Shown in pieces: positions 9,135-21,699 of a DNA stretch of 39,646 nucleotides. This stretch comes from Sedimentisphaerales bacterium (lineage in GTDB: Bacteria; Planctomycetota; Phycisphaerae; Sedimentisphaerales; SM23-30). The stretch is from the NCBI GenBank assembly GCA_016933395.1, contig JAFGBA010000252.1:1-39646 (forward strand). The letters are read 5' to 3'. The notes beneath the pieces were generated by a model. The model was given only the letters and a program-made list of their open reading frames with translations, was not told the origin of the DNA and did not search any database. The position numbers were made by a program, and so were the translations under genes. Positions within the stretch are counted from its first letter, which is position 1, and each line of letters begins with the position of its first letter.

Positions 9135-10598
9135 ATGCGACACAAAAACTCCAAATCACGGTTATTCGCGGCGCAATGGGGGTTGGCAGCATTACTGGTC
9201 GTAGCCATGTTGGCATCATCTGCTGACGCCAAAAAGAGTCATGGCGGGCAATCCAATTCGGCTGCACAAAACGCTCAACAGCAAGCCCGGGAAGCTCAGC
9301 AGCGCGCTCAACAAGCGGCGATTGAGCGGCAACGTCAAATCCAACAACAGGCTCAGGAAAATCTACGTGTTGCCCAGGAAGCCCAACAGCGCGCTCAGCA
9401 AGCGGCGATTGAGCGGCAACGTCAAATCCAACAACAAGCTCAGGAAAATGTTCGCCGCGCGCAACAGGCTCAACAACAAGCCCTTCAGGCGGCTCAGGAA
9501 CGACAACGCCAAATCCAACAGCAGGTTCGCACAAATGTACAAACCGCTCAACAAAATCAGCTTCGAGCCTATGATAACGCCATCACCCTCCAGAATCAGG
9601 CGCTGAATCGCGTTCAGGGCGGCCCCACCGATTTACAGCGTCAGGTACAGCAGCAGGGCCGTGAGAATATCGTTCGCGCTCAAGCCTTGCAACAACAAAA
9701 CCTCGCCCAGGCCCGGGAGGCCCAGCGCCAGGCACAACGCATCGCTCAACAAAACCTGGCACAGGCGCAGCAGGTTCAGCAGCAGGTGACGCAACAAGCC
9801 AAACAAAACCAGCGCGCCGCTCAACAAAATGCCGTAGCCGCACTCGAGACAACACATCAAGTTCAACGACAGGCGCTTGATACCGTGCAAACCATACAGG
9901 ATATCGTTCGTCAACAGCCTCGCGTAGACCGCCCGGAACGTAATCAGCCCAATGATCCAGGTCATTACGGCGGTAGAGGAGATCGTCCGCAGGATGATTA
10001 CAACCGGCCATCGCCGCCAACCGATCATTACGGCCGAGGCAATCAAGGCCGGCATGATGATTCTTATGGAAGAAATAACGGTTATCATCAAGGCCAAAGC
10101 AATTATGGTCGCGGGAGCAGGCGTTCTCGACCGGTTGTTCTCGAACGTGATGTTACCATTATCAATAACGATGTTACGGTGATAAATCCTTATGACTGCC
10201 CGATGGTCAATGTGCAGCCCGCTTATGTGGGCGATTACGAACCGGAGAACATAGGGTATTACGGCGAATATGAACCTGAAAACTGTGATCTCATCCAAGG
10301 CAGATTCATCATCGACCCGGAAGTGTATGAATACAATCCTTATGATTCCTACGAGGCTATTGACGCCCGGATTATCATCCATCCCGCCGGAACGATCTCT
10401 CGCATCATAACTTTGGGCGCCATAAAGCCAACGCGTTGGGAGCTTCTCTTCAAACGGTGCTGGCTCCATTATGGCACGCCCTACAGCTATCACCGAGCGG
10501 TCTATTACTGGGGACAATATCGGCAGTGGTGGTGGGATTACTACCTGCCGCAAACCTGCTGGGGAGGCTTATGGCTGAATATGGCTTTAGGCTTTTAA
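9135..10598 (+). CDS. Secreted Gln/Ala/Arg-rich repeat protein with a Tyr/Trp-rich C-terminus
   Basis: Strong RBS, signal peptide ending ADA, 29-aa repeats, own terminator. Confidence 0.85.
   Translation: MRHKNSKSRLFAAQWGLAALLVVAMLASSADAKKSHGGQSNSAAQNAQQQAREAQQRAQQAAIERQRQIQQQAQENLRVAQEAQQRAQQAAIERQRQIQQQAQENVRRAQQAQQQALQAAQERQRQIQQQVRTNVQTAQQNQLRAYDNAITLQNQALNRVQGGPTDLQRQVQQQGRENIVRAQALQQQNLAQAREAQRQAQRIAQQNLAQAQQVQQQVTQQAKQNQRAAQQNAVAALETTHQVQRQALDTVQTIQDIVRQQPRVDRPERNQPNDPGHYGGRGDRPQDDYNRPSPPTDHYGRGNQGRHDDSYGRNNGYHQGQSNYGRGSRRSRPVVLERDVTIINNDVTVINPYDCPMVNVQPAYVGDYEPENIGYYGEYEPENCDLIQGRFIIDPEVYEYNPYDSYEAIDARIIIHPAGTISRIITLGAIKPTRWELLFKRCWLHYGTPYSYHRAVYYWGQYRQWWWDYYLPQTCWGGLWLNMALGF
9290..9530 (+). 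repeat. 87-bp (29-codon) coding tandem repeat, about 3 copies
   Basis: agcggcgattgagcggcaacgtcaaatccaacaaca occurs twice, 87 bp apart; the third copy is diverged. Confidence 0.9.
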
Positions 10599-10621
10599 AT
10601 CTGAGTTTTGAACTCAGAAAC

Positions 10622-10659
10622 AAACAGGCCTTCACGATCCTCCGAAGGCCTGTTTTTTT
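10622..10659 (+). terminator. Intrinsic terminator, preceded by a second perfect hairpin at 10600-10618
   Basis: aaacaggccttc-N10-gaaggcctgttt plus T tract; upstream tctgagtt-ttg-aactcaga. Confidence 0.85.
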
Positions 10660-10703
10660 AGTTCCGGCGTCAACCTTATATTCGGTATTTTCATTTAGAC
10701 TGA

Positions 10704-10732
10704 TTGACAAATTATAATTCTATGTTTATGGT
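10704..10732 (+). promoter_or_regulatory. Sigma-70 promoter of the mla operon
   Basis: TTGACA-N17-TATGGT. Confidence 0.65.
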
Positions 10733-10740
10733 TAGCTACC

Positions 10741-11577
10741 ATGGACGTTTCAATTTTGAGTATTTTTACCCTTATTTTAGCCGAAATCGGCCGATTCTGG
10801 CGTTTTGCCTTCGGCGTTTTCGCAACTTCGGTGCGTTTCTGGAAAACGGGCAGTTTCGCGCGGGATTATCGCGGCCGGGCGGCGCGAGGTCGTCTTTGGC
10901 AGCAAATGCATGAGATTGGAACACAATCGGTCCCTGTGGTAATGGTTACGGGCGCGTTTGTGGGCATGACGCTGGCGGTGCAGGGATTCAGCCAATTCGA
11001 AGGCATCGGGTTGCAGGATCGTTTGGGCAGCGTCATCAATATTTCGGTGGTCAAGGAGCTTGGCCCGGTATTGGCGGCCCTGATGGTCGCCGGGCGGGTC
11101 GGCGGGGCGCTGACCGCCGAATTGGGCGCAATGGCCATTACCGACCAGATTAACGCCGTCCGGGCGATGGGGGCCGATCCCGTGGCGCACCTGGCCGTGC
11201 CGCGTTTTCTCGCCTGCGTACTGCTGACGCCGTTGTTGACGGTTTACGCCGATCTGCTGGGCGTGCTGGGCGGATATTTAATAACCGTGGTTTATTTCGG
11301 GGTAAACGCCGAGGCGTACTGGCGGTTCAGCGCCGAGGTGGTGGAAAAATGGGATTTGTTCGTGGGCATTGTCAAAGGCGTGTTTTTCGGGGGAGCCATC
11401 GCCCTGATAAGCTGTTTCAAGGGATTTTACTGCAACGCCGGCGCCCGCGGCGTGGGCAGGGCCTGCACCGAAGCGTTTGTCTATAGTTTCATCGCCATTC
11501 TCGCGCTGGATTTTATTCTTGCCGTATTCTTCAAGGCTCTTTACCAAACTCTTTGGGGCGTGCGGCTGGTGTTCTGA
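10741..11577 (+). CDS. mlaE: MlaE-family ABC permease
   Basis: KELGPVLAALMVAGRVGGALTAELGAM, DQINAVRAMG, GARGVGRA. Confidence 0.93.
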   Translation: MDVSILSIFTLILAEIGRFWRFAFGVFATSVRFWKTGSFARDYRGRAARGRLWQQMHEIGTQSVPVVMVTGAFVGMTLAVQGFSQFEGIGLQDRLGSVINISVVKELGPVLAALMVAGRVGGALTAELGAMAITDQINAVRAMGADPVAHLAVPRFLACVLLTPLLTVYADLLGVLGGYLITVVYFGVNAEAYWRFSAEVVEKWDLFVGIVKGVFFGGAIALISCFKGFYCNAGARGVGRACTEAFVYSFIAILALDFILAVFFKALYQTLWGVRLVF

Positions 11578-12341
11578 TGAGCGATACCAATCATCACAAT
11601 CTGTTCGAGTTGCGCGGCATCAGCAAATCCTTCGGCCGTCAACAGGTGTTGCGCGGCATCGATCTGGAAATCCCACGAGGGAAAACAACTGTTGTGATCG
11701 GCGCCAGCGGCTGCGGCAAAAGTGTTTTACTCAAACACCTGATCGTTCTTTTACGCCCGGATCACGGCAACATTTTCTTTGATGGGGAACGGATCGACAA
11801 TCTCCGGGAAAATCGCCTGATCGATGTTCGCCGGCGAGTAGGTTATCTTTTTCAGGCCGGGGCGCTGTTTGACAGCCAAACGGTCGCCCAGAACATCGCC
11901 TTCAGCCTTATTGAACATACTCAATATACTCCGGAGGAAATCAACCAACTGGTGCGCGACAAACTGGAACTGGTGGGCATGGCGGGTTTTGAGCAACGCT
12001 TACCGAGCGAGTTATCCGGCGGCCAACAGCGTCGTGTGGCTCTGGCCCGCGCCATCGCCCTTTCGCCTGAAGTCATCCTTTACGACGAACCCACCACCGG
12101 CCTGGACCCGATCCGCGCCGACATCATTAATGAATTGATTATCAAACTGCAACGCGGCCGCCTGATTACCTCGGTCGTTGTTACGCATGACATGAACAGC
12201 GCCTACAAAATCGGCGACCGCATTATCATGCTGCATAACGGTGAAATCATCGCCGACGGCGACCCTGAGGCGATTCAACAAAGTGAGCATCCCGACGTCC
12301 GCCGATTCATTCGCGGAGAAAGCCGCCGGGAAGACCATTAG
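11577..12341 (+). CDS. mlaF: MlaF-family ABC ATPase
   Basis: GASGCGKS, FQAGALFDS, LSGGQ, YDEPTTGLDP; TGATG overlap with the mlaE stop. Confidence 0.93.
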   Translation: MSDTNHHNLFELRGISKSFGRQQVLRGIDLEIPRGKTTVVIGASGCGKSVLLKHLIVLLRPDHGNIFFDGERIDNLRENRLIDVRRRVGYLFQAGALFDSQTVAQNIAFSLIEHTQYTPEEINQLVRDKLELVGMAGFEQRLPSELSGGQQRRVALARAIALSPEVILYDEPTTGLDPIRADIINELIIKLQRGRLITSVVVTHDMNSAYKIGDRIIMLHNGEIIADGDPEAIQQSEHPDVRRFIRGESRREDH

Positions 12342-12359
12342 TTATATAAGGATAACGCC

Positions 12360-13430
12360 ATGACGGACAAATCACGTAACCTGCTCGTTGGCGCTTTCGT
12401 GGTCATCGGACTGGGAGCGCTGGGTTGGCTTATTTTCAAATTCGGCGACATGCCGCTGCTGGTCTCGCAATATCATTCGCGCAGCGTAAAGATTTACTTT
12501 CCCGCTGCGCCGGGCATCAAACAGGATGCGCCGGTGCTGTTCCGGGGTTATCCTGTCGGCCAGGTGGCGGAGGTTAGACCGCCGGCTTTGTTGGCCGATC
12601 TTGTAAATTCACAAGAGGAATACTATCAGGTCATTGTGATTGTAGCTATCGGCATGGATTATCAAATTCCTTCCGAGGCCGTTCCCAAAGTTTATCGTCG
12701 CGGATTGGGCGGCAGCTATATCGAGTTCCAACTTCCTCAGACGCCTCAAAGCGGCCGATTGATCGCTGACGGCGACACTCTCAAAGGCGTCCTCGCCGAA
12801 TCCAGCGATTTTCTATCCGAAGGCACGCAACAAAAACTCGACGAGTTGATTACCTCCATGAACAGCATCGTCGGTAAACTGGAAAGCCAGCTTACGCCCA
12901 TTCCGCCGGAAGTGGCCGATGCAAATCCGGACCAGGTTCAGGCCAACGTCACCACCGTCTTCATGCGGCTTGACAAAGCGTTGAAAAACATCAATGATCT
13001 CATCGGTGATCAGCAGGCCCAGCAGGATTTCAAACAGGGGTTGGCTAATTTTGCGGCCCTGGCCGAGCGCCTTAACCTGGTTGCCAATCAGGCCGAACAG
13101 CTTGCCAATGACGCCAGCGCTCTGGTCAGCCGCAGCGGGCAAACCATGGAGAAAATCGACCAGACCGTCGGCCGCATCGACACATCCATGCAGCAAACGG
13201 CCCTACGCATCCAGAACGCCGCTGATGAACTCGCCGGCACGTTAAGCCAGACGCGCGACCTTATCGCCGGCGTCGCCAAAGGCGAAGGCACTCTTGGCAA
13301 GCTCACCCATGACCCGCGCCTTTATGATGCGCTTACCGACACCGCCGAAAACCTCAACAAAGCCCTGACGGAGCTTCGCAACCTGCTGGCGGAATGGAAA
13401 GAATCCGGCGCCAAGGTGAAATTAAAGTAA
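12360..13430 (+). CDS. mlaD: MlaD/MCE-domain protein with a long helical C-terminal region
   Basis: N-terminal TM, APGIKQDAPVLFRGYPVGQV, GLGGSYIE, GEGTLGKL..DPRLY; operon context. Confidence 0.88.
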   Translation: MTDKSRNLLVGAFVVIGLGALGWLIFKFGDMPLLVSQYHSRSVKIYFPAAPGIKQDAPVLFRGYPVGQVAEVRPPALLADLVNSQEEYYQVIVIVAIGMDYQIPSEAVPKVYRRGLGGSYIEFQLPQTPQSGRLIADGDTLKGVLAESSDFLSEGTQQKLDELITSMNSIVGKLESQLTPIPPEVADANPDQVQANVTTVFMRLDKALKNINDLIGDQQAQQDFKQGLANFAALAERLNLVANQAEQLANDASALVSRSGQTMEKIDQTVGRIDTSMQQTALRIQNAADELAGTLSQTRDLIAGVAKGEGTLGKLTHDPRLYDALTDTAENLNKALTELRNLLAEWKESGAKVKLK

Positions 13431-14274
13431 GGTTTCATCTCCCGAGCCGCTGCGAAAACCCTGCAAATCGAGTGTGATGTATATGAAACCCAGGTCGCGC
13501 AGGCCGTCCGTGAGCAAGGCGCGCATATCATTCGCCGCCAGCGCCGCGATGAATTCCGCCGGCGCTTCGATGCGGGCCAAATCGCCATGATGCCGCACCC
13601 GCAATGACAGCTTATCAACATCCTGCACCCGCCCCAGTCGATTTAGCGCCTGACTTAACACACCCCGCACGAAGGTTTCCGCCTTCTCCACCTGCTCCAG
13701 CCGCCGCGGCGTAATTTCCAGGCCATACGCCAGCCGCGTCGCCAGGCACGGATCGGCGGGCTTATCCCACGTCGGCAATCCCAATTCCCGGCTGATGGCC
13801 CGCACGTCGGCCTTGCTCAATCCCGCCTCAATCAGCGGACACACCACGCCCATTTCTTCCACCGCCCGGTTGCCCGGTCGGTAATCATTCAGGTCATCCA
13901 CATTGTGCCCGCACAACACTGCATCATACCCTCGCTCACGGGCCAGTTGCGCCAGCACCGCGAAAATATCCCGTTTGCACACATAACACCGGTCAGGCCG
14001 GTTAGCCGTAAACGCCGGAATGGCCATTTCCCTTCGCTCAATAAGCTCCACCTCCACACCCAATTCTCGCGCTGTCGCCGTGGCCCGCGCAATTTCCGCG
14101 TCAGGGATCAACGGGCTGACGCCCAGACAAGCCCGCACATTTTTCTCGCCCAGCGCATCCACCGCCGCTCGCAATACCAATGTGCTATCAACCCCGCCCG
14201 AATATGCCGCCAGCACTCGCCTGAATCGCGCTAGCGACTTTTTCAACCGCTCGTACTGTTTGGAACAACGGGAC

Positions 14275-14288
<14 letters not shown>
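13422..14288 (-). CDS. larE: LarE-family ATP-dependent sulfur transferase
   Basis: PP-loop [47 protein letters not shown]. Start at 14288 or 14282 overlaps the carB stop. Confidence 0.92.
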
Positions 14289-17637
<3,349 letters not shown>

Positions 17638-17758
17638 GTTTCCTCGTGACACTGAATCTTTGACAGCGCTCGGTCTAAAATCGCTACAAGCTACTGCAAA
17701 CCCCCCGCCCGGAAAAGTCAAAAGTTAAAACAAATATCGGCGCGGTCGCCACATGCGC

Positions 17759-17798
17759 AAAAAACCGGCAGTGAGGTTCGCTCTTCTCACTACCGGTT
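17759..17798 (-). terminator. Intrinsic terminator ending the PEP-CTERM cluster
   Basis: Minus strand ccggtagtgag-loop-ctcactgccgg followed by T6. Confidence 0.8.
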
Positions 17799-17871
17799 CA
17801 AAGATCAACCTTCCGCATGAACACCCTCCAAATAATAATGCCATGCCGGAAGTAATATATATTTCAGCAAC

Positions 17872-18573
17872 TCACGCTGCGTGACGACGGCGACGTCCCA
17901 ACACCATCAACACACCGCCCAGGCCCAACAAACCTAATGTCGCCGGTTCGGGAATTTGCGTCGGATCAGCCCAGATCAACAATGTTAGATTTGGGCCGGT
18001 CCAGTCCTCTTGGTAACTATACGGCAATGTCTCCGGCGGCAGAACGGTTATGCCGGACGTAGTGGCGTCGACACCACTTTGATTGGGATATGCCGGATTA
18101 AAGCCCCATTGAGCACCACCAAAATAGCCAACATCAACGCTGTAACCTGGCGCCACGTTGAAAACACCTCTACCGAATGCCGAATTATCACCCGTTGGAT
18201 CTTCCGTATACCAAGCCAGGGTTCCGCTTAGATTTAGCACTTCACTTCCCCCGTCTGTGGACACCAAGCTCCATGTACCGGCGGTAAAACGGGCTGAACC
18301 GGAATTATCCACCATATTTGTCCAACTGGCGCTAAGTGTTGTACTATCGGGATACCATTCACTCCCACCGTCACCGTATAGCACAATATCAATATCATTA
18401 CCTGTCCACGTCAATGTGGAATCCGCATCCGGCTCGGCTTCGGTGAAGGCCGCACTGAGACCTGTAGCTAAAGTAACCACAATTTTTTCAATTTCTTGGG
18501 GTTGGCCCTGGACGCTATTCACACCTGCTACAAGCAATAGCGCAAATAAAACACAAAAAACACGTTTTGACAT
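17872..18573 (-). CDS. PEP-CTERM sorting-domain protein
   Basis: Signal peptide MSKRVFCVLFALLLVAG; C-terminal IPEPATLGLLGLGGVLMVLGRRRR; GGAGG RBS. Confidence 0.92.
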   Translation of the reverse strand: MSKRVFCVLFALLLVAGVNSVQGQPQEIEKIVVTLATGLSAAFTEAEPDADSTLTWTGNDIDIVLYGDGGSEWYPDSTTLSASWTNMVDNSGSARFTAGTWSLVSTDGGSEVLNLSGTLAWYTEDPTGDNSAFGRGVFNVAPGYSVDVGYFGGAQWGFNPAYPNQSGVDATTSGITVLPPETLPYSYQEDWTGPNLTLLIWADPTQIPEPATLGLLGLGGVLMVLGRRRRHAA

Positions 18574-18662
18574 TTTCCTTTCCTCCAATATTATTCCGTA
18601 ATGAATTTTCTCACCCGATTTCAAACGATATTACCAACAATAAGCTCTCCAATTTTTTTACA

Positions 18663-19418
18663 TTACACGACACGACGACGTTTGGAAATCAGCAACGAAC
18701 CCAAACCCAACAAAACCACACACGTCGGCTCGGGAACCGTTGTGTCGAGTTGAATCCTGCTGCCAAAACCATAAATGATTTTCGATTGAAAATCCTCAAC
18801 AGCGTTACCGGGATTACCTGGTTGTACACAAGAAGAGAGCGTAAAAACAGATGTAAAGTCAGTCGGATCATATATCATCAATCCGGTCTCTGCCCCGGTA
18901 AGCAGTTCACCGCCGGTGATATGAACCTCCTGAACGGATTTAATCGTATTTAATACTACGTTGTCTTCTTCAGCGATAAAACCATCTTGAACAAAGGTCA
19001 CTTCCAACAACGTTCCTGTCCAGGATAATGGCCCGTCTTTTTCCTCGATTGTTCCCTCAAGCGTCAAAACCGCTCCACTCGTGAAGGTGGCTTTGGCGTG
19101 CGTCGGATTACCGACCGGGGTGCTCAAATCTGCTATCAACGTTGATGCGTCGGTCATGGAAATCGTAAGATTCCTTAAGTCATATTCAAAATTTTCGTGA
19201 AAATCGACCTTTACATCACCGGCGTCGCTTGATTTGTACAAAGGGGAAACACCATCACTGGCGACCAAGCGAAAATCCCCATCGTAAAAACAATAATTTA
19301 CAGGATTTAAATATGCTGCCGGCAAAACAACCACGATATTCGTAACGTAAGCCGCCTGTGCCGCGGCCGCCAAACCCATCACCACCCCCACCCACATGAT
19401 TATCTTACTGCCACGCAT
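18663..19418 (-). CDS. PEP-CTERM sorting-domain protein
   Basis: Signal peptide ending AAQA; C-terminal VPEPTCVVLLGLGSLLISKRRR; GGAGG RBS. Confidence 0.92.
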   Translation of the reverse strand: MRGSKIIMWVGVVMGLAAAAQAAYVTNIVVVLPAAYLNPVNYCFYDGDFRLVASDGVSPLYKSSDAGDVKVDFHENFEYDLRNLTISMTDASTLIADLSTPVGNPTHAKATFTSGAVLTLEGTIEEKDGPLSWTGTLLEVTFVQDGFIAEEDNVVLNTIKSVQEVHITGGELLTGAETGLMIYDPTDFTSVFTLSSCVQPGNPGNAVEDFQSKIIYGFGSRIQLDTTVPEPTCVVLLGLGSLLISKRRRVV

Positions 19419-19484
19419 GGCACTATCCTCCTCATCCTCTTTTGCACCGACATTGCTAACTGCAAGCAAATACCTCTAGGGCAT

Positions 19485-19529
19485 AAAAAAAGAGAGTTGC
19501 TCCGCCTCATACGGGCAGCGCGACTCTCT
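19485..19529 (-). terminator. Intrinsic terminator upstream of the 19418 start (attenuator or end of a small RNA)
   Basis: AGAGAGUCGC-G-CUGCC-loop-GGCGG-A-GCAACUCUCU followed by a U tract. Confidence 0.8.
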
Positions 19530-19581
19530 CTCCGCTTGCTCCATCAATATCTAGCTTCCGGGATAACTCCGGACCTTCCTT

Positions 19582-19611
19582 ATAATAACCTCAAAAGAGT
19601 TCTCTTGCCAA
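19582..19611 (-). promoter_or_regulatory. Putative sigma-70 promoter
   Basis: TTGGCA-N18-TATTAT with an AT-rich upstream region. Confidence 0.5.
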
Positions 19612-19641
19612 GGAAAAAAATGATTTTTTACATATATTTAG

Positions 19642-21516
19642 TTAAATTCTATATCTTCTTTTTTTATAAAGAGTTACGATAAATCCACTAGCAATAAAAA
19701 GCCAACTTGCCGGTTCAGGCACCTCCGTTGAATCACCCTGGCCCGGCATTCCGAACGCCGATGGGTCGCAGTTGCCGATATTTTTGCTGATCAGCCACAT
19801 ATCATAACTATTGATTTGTCCATCTTGGTTCACATCCGCCCCATCAAGGTATGTTGTGTCGCCAAATACCGCTCCCACGCACAGGCTGGCTAAGTATAGA
19901 TCAAGACTGGTTACATACCCGTCAAAATCAACATCTCCACACAAACGATCGGGGTTTGACAGGCCGCCCGGACAATACGCATAACGCATTAGGGGATCAC
20001 CAATTACGACTTCACTCCAACTCAGGAAAGGCAGGGCTGTAAAGGCCGCTTCCACAAACGTCATATCGGCAACGCCGTCTCCGTCATGATCGGCAAAGAG
20101 ATTATATAACAGAAATTCATTGTCCACGATGGCGTCCGAGAGCGGCTCGAAGGCATGGCCGATTGCGCCGCTGCCGCCGATGGAAATAAAATCCACGATT
20201 TTTCCCTGGCCGGTGGCGATGTCGCTGAACATCGTTACGGCGTTAAAGCTTTCGATGGAATTAAAAACCGCTCCATAAGCCAAATCAAAAAGAGCGCCTC
20301 CTTCGGGACCGTCGTGAAGCAGGTAATCACTCAAACTCCCTTCTTCACCGTTACAGCCATAATTTACAACCGCTACAGCGGCCTGATCCGGTCCAAGGTC
20401 CGCCTGGCTGGTGCGGTAGCCGGGTCGCTGGTCATACAAAACGGAAAGGTTATTGGCCGTGGGCATCGTGGCTGTAACCGCTTCGTTTTCAACAATCCAT
20501 TGGCCTGTCATTCGATAGTAGGCATAGGAAAAATCATCCCTGCTGGAAGGCATCGTGATATCGGGAGGTTGGGGCGTTTCGGGATTATACGTGTTATAGG
20601 CAACGTTTTTGTTGACGTTGAATATCTTATTATAATCAAGCCCCCATCCGCTGATATCATCAATAACCGCGACGGCCTGGTCGATATTGATGCCGAATTC
20701 GGTGCTGCTGGCGCGACGGGAACGTTCCAGCATATCGTGAACGGCGAAAACAGCATCGTTGCCATTTTGGGTTTTTGGCCCATCCAGACGACAGGTTAGG
20801 TAAATATCACCCGCGGAAAGATTGCGATTGTTGTATCCGTAGCCGGCGAATTGCCCTTCCACCGTGGGCGCCACACCCGTGCTTACCAATGGACAACACC
20901 AGTTGAGATTCTGACGGTTATCAATGATGTCGCGATCAAAAACGTCTATGGGACTGCTGCGATAACCCTGATACGGATTAACCAGCCGATTTCGCGTATC
21001 CAATGCTGTCGGAGATGCAGGATCAACCTGCCACAAAACCGCCAATTCCGACTCAACCGACGCCGCGGCGACATAACCCACATCATAAGGATTATATGGA
21101 GTGGAACCACCCGAACGAACAAGATTCGGATATGCACTATCCGAAATACGATACGGCAATCCCGCAGTGGTTACGATAGACTTGGTTGCATTAACAGAAT
21201 TATGATCCAGAAGATGCTGACGTATCGGTTGAGCTATTTTGGATTCAAAATCATTACGACTAACAATTTCATTAGCGGGATTCAAAGCCGCATCCGGAAG
21301 ACCGGAAAGGTAAACAATCTGGTCATCGGTGATGGAAGGATAATACTGCCGGTATAAATCCGCAACGTAAACGCTGGTGGGACTATCCTGATTAACAACC
21401 AGAAGCAGGTCCTGCGCCTGCAATTGTCCATAAACGGGCGCAGTTAATAAAAACAGCATACATACAATGGATAAAGAATAAGACATTTCCCCCTTGAACC
21501 TGACGACTCGCACCAT
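19642..21516 (-). CDS. TIGR03790-like protein with dockerin-like repeats and a PEP-CTERM tail
   Basis: LLVVNQDSPTS..VA..Y, RLDG, IESFN, GAIGHAFEP, LSW..VVIGDPL; GDVDFDG / ADVNQDG; VPEPASW...KKRR. Confidence 0.85.
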   Translation of the reverse strand: MVRVVRFKGEMSYSLSIVCMLFLLTAPVYGQLQAQDLLLVVNQDSPTSVYVADLYRQYYPSITDDQIVYLSGLPDAALNPANEIVSRNDFESKIAQPIRQHLLDHNSVNATKSIVTTAGLPYRISDSAYPNLVRSGGSTPYNPYDVGYVAAASVESELAVLWQVDPASPTALDTRNRLVNPYQGYRSSPIDVFDRDIIDNRQNLNWCCPLVSTGVAPTVEGQFAGYGYNNRNLSAGDIYLTCRLDGPKTQNGNDAVFAVHDMLERSRRASSTEFGINIDQAVAVIDDISGWGLDYNKIFNVNKNVAYNTYNPETPQPPDITMPSSRDDFSYAYYRMTGQWIVENEAVTATMPTANNLSVLYDQRPGYRTSQADLGPDQAAVAVVNYGCNGEEGSLSDYLLHDGPEGGALFDLAYGAVFNSIESFNAVTMFSDIATGQGKIVDFISIGGSGAIGHAFEPLSDAIVDNEFLLYNLFADHDGDGVADMTFVEAAFTALPFLSWSEVVIGDPLMRYAYCPGGLSNPDRLCGDVDFDGYVTSLDLYLASLCVGAVFGDTTYLDGADVNQDGQINSYDMWLISKNIGNCDPSAFGMPGQGDSTEVPEPASWLFIASGFIVTLYKKRRYRI

Positions 21517-21699
21517 CCCGGCCTCCTTTGTTCCGTCGTCCGAAGAATATCGGTCCCAACGGCGCTCCAGTCACCCCCGGTACCTTCGCTGAACTTGCTT
21601 TTTGCACAACACCGGAATAACAAACTTGCAGGATTATTTTCGCCTATTATGGCAATTATCGTCAAGAAAAATTTGGAAAAAAGCTAAAAATCCATGAAA

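Noticed and set aside
9290-9530. Direct repeats as a possible CRISPR array
   Set aside because: The period is a multiple of 3 inside an ORF, the intervening sequences are similar to each other, and there are no cas genes.
19460-19480. Sigma-54 promoter downstream of the leader terminator (GGTATTTGCTTGC)
   Set aside because: The GG-GC spacing is 9 nt, not the required 10.
19485-19580. Known riboswitch (such as c-di-GMP-I) in the PEP-CTERM leader
   Set aside because: The GCAAA/GAAA-tetraloop and receptor pattern is not visible; kept only as an unknown element.
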